A stretch of DNA of 64,000 nt from a virus. Every line of letters starts with the position of its first letter. Position 1 is the first letter of the stretch. This document shows positions 48,788 to 57,414 of this stretch, in pieces. The stretch lies in IMG/VR virus record IMGVR_UViG_3300023110_000024, positions 12,602 to 76,601 of that record. One strand, given 5' to 3'. The position numbers were made by a program, and so were the translations under genes. The notes beneath the pieces are model-generated. The model was given only the letters and a program-made list of their open reading frames with translations, was not told the origin of the DNA and made no database searches.

Positions 48788-49917
48788 TACTTGTTGCCTT
48801 TATTGTTGCCATTGTTGTTTTCGTTCCCATTGCCATTACCATTAGAGTTCCCATTGCCATTGCTAGCATCACTATCGTCATTATCATCATTATTTCCATT
48901 ATTATTGTCATTCCCGTTATCATCGTCAACTATATTAACCTTTAATTCTTCATTTGTATAGCTACTAGTTCCATTAGTAATGTTATCAATATTTATCAAT
49001 ATGTTCTCATTACCATTAGAATCATTAACATTATCGTCAATTGCGATTATAGTAATATAATTACTTGTTCCGCCAGCTAAAATGTCAATCCAGCTTGAGG
49101 ATATTGAGTAGTCTTCTCCTGCTGCAGCTGTTCCTGTAACTTTTAGTGTAACTCTTACATCTACAGTTGTAACTTCTGACAAGGTTGCGGTTACAGTTAC
49201 ATTGTCTTGATTTGCTTCTTTGATGTTATCCCCAGATATAGTTACAGTTACAATAGGAATTACTGGAGGAGGTTCTTCTTTAGGTTCTTCTTCCTCTTTG
49301 CCATACTCTTGTAGCGTAGTAGAAAGAACTTTTAGCTCTTCGTTGTCAGCAATATGCTCTGCCAATCCTTCTGATGATAGGGTTTGATGTAGGTGATCCA
49401 GTGCGTCTTCTGCTGTAACCATTGTCTTTCCTACAGTTGCAGTTACAACGGCTGCTTCTTCAGCAAACGAATCTACAGGTACGTCAAACTCTACAGACTC
49501 ATACTTTAGTTTTTCTCTTGTGTTTGATGCGATTGTGATGCCATTTGACGGATCTCCGTCAGCATCTAGTGTCTGTAATAGTCTAGATAGGTTGATTACT
49601 TTGTTATCTGCTGTACCAGAAGCGCCCATTACCTCTACTGGTGTTAGGGTAGGACCGGCTGTTGTAGTGCCTAAGTCAATATTACCTAGCTGAAAGGATA
49701 CAGTGTCGCCCGGATTATACCAAAATCTACCTTGTTCATCTGTAATACCACCAAGTCCTGAGGAGGTTTGGTAATCTACGCCAGCTACTTCTGAGTCTTT
49801 GAATACGCCTGGTGTGCCTTCTCGTATCACATCATCCACAGTTAGGATTTCATCTTCGCTCAATGGGGCGCAGGATACAAGTAATAAGGGTATGAGTACT
49901 TTAGAAAGGTGAGACAT
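48787..49917 (-). CDS. Predicted lipoprotein with Calx-beta-like domain and Asn/Gly/Asp-rich tail
   Basis: Signal plus lipobox LLLVS-C; VTATLS...GTAAAGEDY...IIAIDDN...ENILI...NIVDDD Calx-beta pattern. Confidence 0.7.
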   Translation of the reverse strand: MSHLSKVLIPLLLVSCAPLSEDEILTVDDVIREGTPGVFKDSEVAGVDYQTSSGLGGITDEQGRFWYNPGDTVSFQLGNIDLGTTTAGPTLTPVEVMGASGTADNKVINLSRLLQTLDADGDPSNGITIASNTREKLKYESVEFDVPVDSFAEEAAVVTATVGKTMVTAEDALDHLHQTLSSEGLAEHIADNEELKVLSTTLQEYGKEEEEPKEEPPPVIPIVTVTISGDNIKEANQDNVTVTATLSEVTTVDVRVTLKVTGTAAAGEDYSISSSWIDILAGGTSNYITIIAIDDNVNDSNGNENILINIDNITNGTSSYTNEELKVNIVDDDNGNDNNNGNNDDNDDSDASNGNGNSNGNGNGNENNNGNNKGNK

Positions 49918-49930
49918 TATTGCAGCCCAT

Positions 49931-49957
49931 AAAAAAAGGAGCCAATAATTGACTCCT
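49931..49957 (-). terminator. Rho-independent terminator after the major capsid gene
   Basis: AGGAGUCAA-UUA-UUGGCUCCU (one G-U pair) followed by a U-run on the - strand. Confidence 0.8.
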
Positions 49958-49982
49958 AATTTTATTTATCGACTTTGCAGTA

Positions 49983-51152
49983 TTACATAAAGGAAATGGT
50001 ACTATCCTTAATACCAATTTTTCCTAAGTAATCAGCAGCATTACCAAGAGATGATGCAGTGTTTGTCAGCTCTACGTATCCGTATCGTGTCATAAACGAA
50101 ACGACTGGCTCGAAGGTAGCTGGATCAAGCACAACGCCTGAACTCATCAATGGAATGTATGGACAGTAGAATGCAGGAGCATCGCTTTCAGATGTACCTT
50201 TGTATCCGATCAATACAGGAGCATCGTCACGAGCATATGTATCTACATAAATCTTCATGGAGTTATTCAAAGTTCCTACAAACTTGGTGTTAGTTGGAGC
50301 TTCAAATGTTCCTTCTGTTGTGCGAGCGAATGCACTTGTAGTTGCGCTCTGTAGGATTGTAAGTGTAAGAGGACTTACAACGGCCCAGTTAGCAGCACCA
50401 CGTCGTGTTCGCTGAGCGATTACGTTAGCAGCACGGTTAATCAATACTGCCAAAGCGGCATGCTCGTCACCAACGAATGTAGCATCGCCTGAAGTCATTG
50501 TTTGATCGAATTCAAACAAAGGTGATCCGCCAAGAACCTTCAAACTTTGAAGAACTTCTTGATCAATTTCAACTGTAATTTCTTGTGCAAGAGCAGCCAT
50601 TATTTCTGCTTCAACATCAATTCCGTGCATAGCTTGAGCATCTTGAGCTGCTTCAAAGGTCCAACGAGCACTTAGCTTTCGTGTCTTTGCTTCAACTGTT
50701 TGCTTCAAGATTTGAATTGACATCTTGCGTCCAGCGATACCTTCCATTGACGCTGTTGGGAGTGGCTTTCCATCAGGATCAGTTCCACCACCGGAGTAGG
50801 AAGTAGCAATTTTCCATGGTGTCAATGCTTCTTCACCTGCTGTTACGTTATCGTATGTATCTGCATAACGTACACGCAATGTATGAATCTGTCCTACCGG
50901 GCCGGTAAGAGGTTGAACACCAATAATTTCGTTAGCAATAACGGTAGGCATAACTCTTCGAATAACGGGAAGAATTACACGGTTCAATGTGGCAATATTA
51001 CCAGCTGAGGTTGTTCCAGCGGAAGCACTCTCAATAAGATGCTTTCGTGTGTTCTCAAGTGTAGTTGCCATTACGCTTTTCTTAATACCTTGCAAGCCTT
51101 CAAGAAGTGCTCCTTTGGTATCCTGCCAGCGACTTTCTAACAATTCTGACAT
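49983..51152 (-). CDS. gp23: Major capsid protein (gp23-like)
   Basis: LPVIRRVMP, GVQPLTGPVGQI, VEAKTRKLSARWTFEAAQD, EIDQEVL, FYCPYIPL and FMTRYG motifs. Confidence 0.97.
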   Translation of the reverse strand: MSELLESRWQDTKGALLEGLQGIKKSVMATTLENTRKHLIESASAGTTSAGNIATLNRVILPVIRRVMPTVIANEIIGVQPLTGPVGQIHTLRVRYADTYDNVTAGEEALTPWKIATSYSGGGTDPDGKPLPTASMEGIAGRKMSIQILKQTVEAKTRKLSARWTFEAAQDAQAMHGIDVEAEIMAALAQEITVEIDQEVLQSLKVLGGSPLFEFDQTMTSGDATFVGDEHAALAVLINRAANVIAQRTRRGAANWAVVSPLTLTILQSATTSAFARTTEGTFEAPTNTKFVGTLNNSMKIYVDTYARDDAPVLIGYKGTSESDAPAFYCPYIPLMSSGVVLDPATFEPVVSFMTRYGYVELTNTASSLGNAADYLGKIGIKDSTISFM

Positions 51153-51163
51153 TTAATTTCTCC

Positions 51164-52264
51164 TTAATTAAGTCCTGCAAGTCTGCGAATGTCGATGACA
51201 TTATCCCTTGCACCTGTTTGTTGTGTTTCGTCTTTTACTTTCTTGTTGCCTGTTATTTCTTTGCCTTCTGTTAACGTTGCCTTTTTAGTTTTTGGTTTTG
51301 AGTCTTCATTCAATACAGTCGGTAGGTATTTGTCGAAGGAAGATTTTAGTCGATCAGTTTGAACACTTTCTAACAAGTCCACCATAATAGTCTTTTGTGA
51401 TTTGTTTAGTGGGTCAACCAATTCGGCGATAATTTCTTTTCGACTTACACTTTCTGTAATTTTCTTCAAATCTTGATTGCGTTTGCTAATCATTTGTGTT
51501 GCTTTACTCATCTTTACTCGAGCTTCGTCAAGTTGCTTGTCTTTGAGAGCTACTATCCTCATAAGTTTTGAAGTTTCGCTCTTCTCATTCAAGTAACTAT
51601 TCATATACTCAGTTGAGAAAGCTTCAAACAATCTGCGTCCAAAATCATTTTTGCGTGCCGTTTCAATATCTTCGCGAAGTTGTCCAATTTCTTTTGACAG
51701 AACTCGTTCAACCATTGTAGATACTTTAGATGCACTTTTCTTTACGAAGTTAGATTTCAGCTTGCCATATTGTGTTTTGGCTTCACGTACCAATCTAACT
51801 TTTGTCTCCGCCAAGTCTTTCTTATCAACTTGGAACTCTGTAATTTCTTTTGCTAGTGAGTCAACAACAAATTCTTCCAGCATACGGAACTTTTTTGCCA
51901 TTTCCCTTTGATCTGAGTGTAGTTCAGTAACCTCCTGCTTCAACATCTCATTTACAAAGGATTTAAGTACAGTGCCTTGTGAGTGAAGTCCTTTGACATA
52001 CTTTGCTTTAGCATCAATAAGTTGTCGCCTATCTTCTGCTAGCTCTGCCATTTCTTCTTCTAGTCGCTCATTAACCATGTTGTCAATAGCTTCTACCATC
52101 ACAGTTTTATCATGCTCGTACTTTTGGGCAAATTCTTCTCGAAGCATAGCGGTTACTTCCTGTCGGTTTTCTTTAACCTTTGCGTTCCATGCCTCTTCAA
52201 TTTCTTGCTTGACACTTTCAGAAACTACATCGTTTTCTAATAGTGTTTTTAGAGCTTCCAACAT
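51164..52264 (-). CDS. gp22: Prohead scaffolding protein (gp22-like)
   Basis: Coiled-coil, E/K-rich; located between the protease and capsid genes. Confidence 0.85.
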   Translation of the reverse strand: MLEALKTLLENDVVSESVKQEIEEAWNAKVKENRQEVTAMLREEFAQKYEHDKTVMVEAIDNMVNERLEEEMAELAEDRRQLIDAKAKYVKGLHSQGTVLKSFVNEMLKQEVTELHSDQREMAKKFRMLEEFVVDSLAKEITEFQVDKKDLAETKVRLVREAKTQYGKLKSNFVKKSASKVSTMVERVLSKEIGQLREDIETARKNDFGRRLFEAFSTEYMNSYLNEKSETSKLMRIVALKDKQLDEARVKMSKATQMISKRNQDLKKITESVSRKEIIAELVDPLNKSQKTIMVDLLESVQTDRLKSSFDKYLPTVLNEDSKPKTKKATLTEGKEITGNKKVKDETQQTGARDNVIDIRRLAGLN

Positions 52265-52278
52265 TCTTGTATCTCCTG

Positions 52279-52890
52279 TTATTGGAGTCTGCTGATTATA
52301 TTAACCAGCGATTCTTTTAAGTGTTTTTGTGCCTTTTTATCTTTTGCTATTTCTAGTGCCTTGTAACCGCCTTTATTATTCATCAAATGTTCGTATATTG
52401 GTGTTGGGTATGCTCCAGGTGCGGAAGGTTGAGCTACGACATCAACTGTGATAATTTCAAAATCACTTACATTACCACTGCCGTCTTCTGATACGTTTCC
52501 TGAGCCTCTTGAGCTTACGCCTAGCTTTACACCATTTTCTAACATTGTTCGAACTAATCCTCCCATTGGGGTAGGTAGAATTTTTAGTTTGCCGTAGCCA
52601 TTTGGACCATCCATCCACACCTCTGTAATCATGTGGGATACACGGTCCAAATTGACTGTAAGGCCATCCGGATGATCAACTTCACCGAGAACACTGTAAC
52701 CTCCTGCAATCTGTTCGCTAAGGGTTTTAACAGCCCTACCAATTTCGTTTACAGGATACACTCGCTGATTAGCGTTACGGACTCCGCCTTGTATACAAAT
52801 TCCCTTCATATACAAGTCTTTGCCCTCATTGGCACCCTCAACGACAACTCTTGCCTGATCGAAAGTTAGGTGTTCACGTAGTAAATTCAT
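52279..52890 (-). CDS. gp21: Prohead protease (gp21-like)
   Basis: NANQRVYP, LGEVDHP, RVSH, GVSSRGSG and DVVAQPSAPGA motifs. Confidence 0.96.
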   Translation of the reverse strand: MNLLREHLTFDQARVVVEGANEGKDLYMKGICIQGGVRNANQRVYPVNEIGRAVKTLSEQIAGGYSVLGEVDHPDGLTVNLDRVSHMITEVWMDGPNGYGKLKILPTPMGGLVRTMLENGVKLGVSSRGSGNVSEDGSGNVSDFEIITVDVVAQPSAPGAYPTPIYEHLMNNKGGYKALEIAKDKKAQKHLKESLVNIISRLQ

Positions 52891-52906
52891 CCTTTAGTCC
52901 TATTCC

Positions 52907-54577
52907 TTATTTGGCTCTTTTTGGTGCGCCATTGAGTGGGCTTTGCTTATTCACTCCACCATCTTCACTTGACATAGAACCTTTCTTCTCTGCTCCGTGT
53001 CCTTTTGGATTGTTCTTATAGAAGCTCTTGGCTGCACTAGCTCCTGGAACATTTACATTACCAGTATTCATATCCTTTGGGGATTGTGACAAATGTCCAT
53101 TACCTTGAACTTGTCCGCCTTTTCCAATTGTGTTGGTTTCTTTTGAAGTTCCAGCATTTAGGATGTTAGCAGTTGTCCCGCCCATGTCGTTTTTACCAGC
53201 TACTGGGGATTTGGTATAAGCACCGTCGTCACCTAGCTTGCCAGTATACTGATGATAATGTTCTCCGCCAATTTTATTCACGTATTCGCGCATTTGCTGA
53301 GCAGCCGACTTTGGCTCATTGCTCACCTGCTCATATTGAAAATTTTCTTCAGGCATCTCCTCGTCGTCCATGTCGCCTACAGGCTCTTCCATGTCGTCGT
53401 CTCCCATATCGTCGTCGCCCATGTCATCCATGTCATCGTCGCCGCCTTCGCCGTCTGCCATTAGTTCTTCAAATTCAGCTTTCAAGTCTGCAAGTTCTGC
53501 TTCCAAGTCAGCAATCTGATCTTGTGTCACTTCGCCGCCTTCGTCACCAGCATCCATGTCATCCATGTCGTCGTCGCCCATGTCCATAGACAAATCACCT
53601 TCTGGATCTCCGCCCATTTCCAAATCGTCGTCGGCTTCGTCATACATGCCTTCATTATCAGATGCTAAATCAACACTTTGATCTACTTCATCAATTGCTG
53701 CTTCAATAGCTTCAATTGCGTCATCATCAGCGCCTACACCAGCAAGGTGTTGTGAGAAGATTGCAGCAACTTCTGGATTGTCCGCTGTTGCCTCGCCAAA
53801 CTCACCGTCTTCTGTTGGAATGCTAACTGATGTACCATGATCTCCAAATTGGACTTCATTTGTACCTTGTCCGCCAGTCCAGCTATAATCTACGCCACCT
53901 GGTGTTGAACCTTCGTGTCCAGACTGATAATCTTGATCGTTGTCATTGGCATCTTGGTATGGGGTTGTTTCGTATTCGTCAAGCTCGTCCCATTCGTCAA
54001 GCTCGTCGTCCTCGTCGAGGTCCTCGTCGTCTTCGTCAAGCTCGTCATCTTCGTCAACTTCTTCATCATCCTCGTCAACTTCTTCGTCTTCGAGAAGATT
54101 CTCGTAAATTGAGCGTGACTTAGCTACTACAATTTCGTGGAATAATTCTTCTGCTTTTGCACGATCCTCATTTACAAGGTACTCAAGCATTCTTTGGAAT
54201 TTATCTGCAGATTCTTTTGTAGATACTTTTTCCTCTGCGTGTGGATCTGCTCCATGAGCTCTAGTTTTACTAGGTTTCTTTGTAGCTACTTTTCTTTCTG
54301 CGTGTGGATCTGCTCCATGAGCTCTAGTTTTACTAGGTTTCTTTGTAGCTACTTTTCTTTCTGCATATGGATCTGCAGCTTCTTTTGTAGATACTTTTTC
54401 CTCTGCGTGTGGATCTGCTCCATGAGCTCTAGTTTTACTAGGTTTCTTTGTAGCTACTTTTCTTTCTCCATATGGATCTTCGCCAGTTCTGTTAGAAGTT
54501 ACCGGTCCGCCTTTGCTTCCTGGTACTCGCTTGAGGGCTTCGTTGGTACGTTGCCGTCGTCTTTGCTGTTGTGCCAT
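52907..54577 (-). CDS. Highly acidic prohead core-like protein with basic N-terminal repeats
   Basis: Located between portal and protease like T4 gp67/68; D/E tracts; AEELFHEIVVAKSRSIYENLL helix. Confidence 0.6.
   Translation of the reverse strand: MAQQQRRRQRTNEALKRVPGSKGGPVTSNRTGEDPYGERKVATKKPSKTRAHGADPHAEEKVSTKEAADPYAERKVATKKPSKTRAHGADPHAERKVATKKPSKTRAHGADPHAEEKVSTKESADKFQRMLEYLVNEDRAKAEELFHEIVVAKSRSIYENLLEDEEVDEDDEEVDEDDELDEDDEDLDEDDELDEWDELDEYETTPYQDANDNDQDYQSGHEGSTPGGVDYSWTGGQGTNEVQFGDHGTSVSIPTEDGEFGEATADNPEVAAIFSQHLAGVGADDDAIEAIEAAIDEVDQSVDLASDNEGMYDEADDDLEMGGDPEGDLSMDMGDDDMDDMDAGDEGGEVTQDQIADLEAELADLKAEFEELMADGEGGDDDMDDMGDDDMGDDDMEEPVGDMDDEEMPEENFQYEQVSNEPKSAAQQMREYVNKIGGEHYHQYTGKLGDDGAYTKSPVAGKNDMGGTTANILNAGTSKETNTIGKGGQVQGNGHLSQSPKDMNTGNVNVPGASAAKSFYKNNPKGHGAEKKGSMSSEDGGVNKQSPLNGAPKRAK
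54212..54480. repeat. In-frame 63-nt (21 aa) repeats KVATKKPSKTRAHGADPHAE
   Basis: gtggatctgctccatgagctctagttttactaggtttctttgtagctac occurs three times. Confidence 0.9.
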
Positions 54578-54687
54578 TTATTTCTCCTATAAACTATATG
54601 ATAAGGCTGTCATAACATATAGTTTTATTTACATCATTCGGAGAAAACAGTATAGATACACGCATAAAATCGCCGTTTTGGCGTAAC

Positions 54688-55365
54688 TCATATTATTTGG
54701 AATGCTGATTGAAAATCTTCAATCAGTATAGTGTGGAAATTTGTAAAAGTATTTAGCTCTTTTGGTTGGAAGTTATCCTTTGCTATAACTCGAAAATATT
54801 GAGTATTTTTAAATTCTCTGATAACAGATTGTGTTTGTCTCAGCCAATTTCCGTAAAAAGTTGCTGCCTCATGCGAGCATTTATAGTTAGGTGTGTCAGC
54901 GTAAATGTTATTTACAATGTCTTGCCCGTTCAATCCTTTGTAGTCAAATCCTAATATATAAATTGTGTTGTGCCCTTGCGTAGAAGCTAACCACAAAGCA
55001 GATGGTCCTGAACTCCAGCCTTTCATAGGATCAAAATAGTTAAAGTTTTTGTAATTTTTATAAGATATATTGTAGTTGGTCCAAACTGTATGACTATTTT
55101 GATATCCAGCACGATTTACTTCATGAACCATTCTAGGATCAACACATATCAAATAGTCAGGAGAATATTCTCTATACAGAGCGTTACATCCGTATGTCAT
55201 TCCTTTTTTCTGTAGTGTTTCTAAATTGATTGGTTTGCGTGAAGTGCCGTTGCCTAATACAAAGGCTGGGTTGGTGTCAATTTTTGTTTTGAGTTTTTTA
55301 GCTCTGCGTTCGTTGCGTATAACTTGCCATTGTTGTTTTGTGTAGAGACTTTTATCTACTTTCAT
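54688..55365 (-). CDS. DUF115/MAF- or Cst-sialyltransferase-like fold protein (putative glycosyltransferase)
   Basis: AFVLGNGTSR, YGCNALYR, PDYLICVD, SSGPSA and IYILGFDY motifs. Confidence 0.6.
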   Translation of the reverse strand: MKVDKSLYTKQQWQVIRNERRAKKLKTKIDTNPAFVLGNGTSRKPINLETLQKKGMTYGCNALYREYSPDYLICVDPRMVHEVNRAGYQNSHTVWTNYNISYKNYKNFNYFDPMKGWSSGPSALWLASTQGHNTIYILGFDYKGLNGQDIVNNIYADTPNYKCSHEAATFYGNWLRQTQSVIREFKNTQYFRVIAKDNFQPKELNTFTNFHTILIEDFQSAFQII

Positions 55366-55371
55366 GGCGCA

Positions 55372-55632
55372 TTACATTCCGCCTTCACCTTGAGCGGCAG
55401 CGATTGCAGCCATGCCATACATCTGTCGTACAAATTCAATCTCATTTGCTTTCTCTCTATCGTGTAATTCCGCAGCTTTGCGAGCACGATTGATTTGCTT
55501 CAATGTGAGTCTTGTTTTTCTTGTGTCGTCTAAATCTACGATAGAATCATCATACTCCGGCTCGTACTGATCGTCGTCGTGAAAATTCATATCTGATTCT
55601 TTTTCGTAGTAAAAAATTTCTTTTAGTATCAT
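55372..55632 (-). CDS. Small hypothetical protein in the head module
   Basis: DTRKTRLTLKQINRARK...VRQMYG; TAAATA 5 nt before ATG. Confidence 0.7.
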   Translation of the reverse strand: MILKEIFYYEKESDMNFHDDDQYEPEYDDSIVDLDDTRKTRLTLKQINRARKAAELHDREKANEIEFVRQMYGMAAIAAAQGEGGM

Positions 55633-55640
55633 ATATGTAT

Positions 55641-57401
55641 TTATGCTGGCGGTGGGCCCATACCCATCTCTGCTGCTGCTCCTGGATCTCCTCCGCCACC
55701 CATTGCGTCATCGCCAGCGGCGCTATCCACAGCTCCAGCGTCTCCTCCATCTTCCATATTATCTAAGTCAGCAGTATCTTCCGCTCCAGCTACATCAGAG
55801 GAAATTCCTGCCCCACTAATTCCTGCACCACGCATTTCGCCTGCTGCATCTCCAGTCTTCTTATCTAATTCTTCGTCGTTCTCTTCACGCCATAGCCGTT
55901 CATTTTCAGCCATGTCCTCCTCAGACAGTCCGAGGAATCTCTTTAGCGCAAACCTATTAGCAATAAATGGTATTTGCTGTACGGCTGAGAAAGAAGAAAT
56001 GCGTTGATTGTCCAATTCTGATTGACGATAAGCGGCAAAGTTCTTTGGTGGCATAAACTTTATATCAAACATTGATGTGTCAATGTTAACACCTTTTTCT
56101 AGTAGGTAGCGTTTGAACTCTTGATCGAATTGTACTACCATTAAATTTTGTAGTCTTTCGCAATAGTTATTGAATCGTAGCTCTTGAATAAATGCTGTAC
56201 CTACACGCCCATCATTATAGTTTGCTGTAGCATCTTCTGCTCCAGTAGGCAAATATGACGAAGGAATTCTCAATCCTCTTACTAATTTATTTGTAAAATA
56301 TCGTAAGTCATCAATCTCGCCTAGGTTAGTTCCGCCTGGTAGTGTTTCTACTTTAGAGCCTCTTCCCTCAGCAGTTTGAGGGAAGAAGTAATCCTCGTTG
56401 ATTGACAACGGATTATAACTGCTGTCAATAACATTTGTACTGCCGCCTGACTTGGATGGAATGCGTCTTTGGTGTATTTCTGTCTTTACACGCTCTACAA
56501 ATTGCATCGCTAAGTGGGATGGCATGTTACCAACATCAACGTAAAACACCCTACGCTCCGGCGCTCGTTGAACTCTATAAATGAGGATAGCATCCTCAAG
56601 TAATTCTTTTTGCTTATATACTTTGAATATTGGCTCTAATAGTGAGGAACCAAACGGATAGTTTGCGTCAAGCCCTTCAGACAGCGAAACGTGAACCATA
56701 TGGTTACTAGACACTGGAGTTTCTTCTTGTGCTGTTGTGTATGGTGATCCTTGTGTCTGTGCTGGTGTACCGCCAGTCTTAGTTGTGGCGTTAATCGGAT
56801 TCGATGCACCCGGCCCTTTTGCCGTTTGTATTGGTGCAGTAGCTACTAGATTTTTGAAATTGAAATTAACGTCTTTTACTATGTACTGCTGTGGTATTTT
56901 TCCTTCAGATTCATTGACTATAATCCGAACAACATTGGACGGATCTACATAGAACAACTTTTTCTCTTCTGGATCCCGCATAAAGAAAGAGTCACCATAT
57001 TTGAATGTATTCCTAAAAATCCTAAACATACGATTTTCAAAATCGTTTAGTTTGCACCATGTTTTTAGATATTGCCCTAAAATTTGTATCTCTGAATTTG
57101 TAGCATTTTTATAAAACTTAAATTCAAAGTTAGTGTCATTGATAGGATTTTTTTGAGTACAAAATTCTGCTAAAATGTCTAGAGCAGCATTTACTTCTGA
57201 ATCCAAATCCATGGTATCATATTGTTGGTATCTATCAATACGATTTGGTGCTCCTGTATATACATCTGGCAAAAACGATGAATAATTTGTTTTTGCTGGA
57301 CCAGGACGTGTTGAGGACATTGACCCGTCTATTGGGCTTGCTCCTACGCCTCCTCCTTGTACAGATGTATTAGCTTGTGTAAAATACTTTTTCCACGACA
57401 T
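55641..57401 (-). CDS. gp20: Portal protein (gp20-like)
   Basis: LLEDAILIYRVQRAPERRVFYVDVGNMP, EDYFFP, VETLPGG and LRIPSSYL motifs. Confidence 0.97.
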   Translation of the reverse strand: MSWKKYFTQANTSVQGGGVGASPIDGSMSSTRPGPAKTNYSSFLPDVYTGAPNRIDRYQQYDTMDLDSEVNAALDILAEFCTQKNPINDTNFEFKFYKNATNSEIQILGQYLKTWCKLNDFENRMFRIFRNTFKYGDSFFMRDPEEKKLFYVDPSNVVRIIVNESEGKIPQQYIVKDVNFNFKNLVATAPIQTAKGPGASNPINATTKTGGTPAQTQGSPYTTAQEETPVSSNHMVHVSLSEGLDANYPFGSSLLEPIFKVYKQKELLEDAILIYRVQRAPERRVFYVDVGNMPSHLAMQFVERVKTEIHQRRIPSKSGGSTNVIDSSYNPLSINEDYFFPQTAEGRGSKVETLPGGTNLGEIDDLRYFTNKLVRGLRIPSSYLPTGAEDATANYNDGRVGTAFIQELRFNNYCERLQNLMVVQFDQEFKRYLLEKGVNIDTSMFDIKFMPPKNFAAYRQSELDNQRISSFSAVQQIPFIANRFALKRFLGLSEEDMAENERLWREENDEELDKKTGDAAGEMRGAGISGAGISSDVAGAEDTADLDNMEDGGDAGAVDSAAGDDAMGGGGDPGAAAEMGMGPPPA

Positions 57402-57414
57402 TTATATTCCTTTG

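Noticed and set aside
53995-54090. (tcg/tca)n-like run as a microsatellite
   Set aside because: It encodes the D/E-rich tract of the acidic core protein
7738-54480. Tandem repeats at 7738-7962 and 54212-54480 as CRISPR arrays
   Set aside because: Periods of 96 and 63 nt are multiples of three, lie in frame inside long ORFs and have no unique spacers; no cas genes are present
453-57401. Introns or inteins in terminase, capsid or portal
   Set aside because: Each is a single uninterrupted ORF of ordinary length with contiguous motifs
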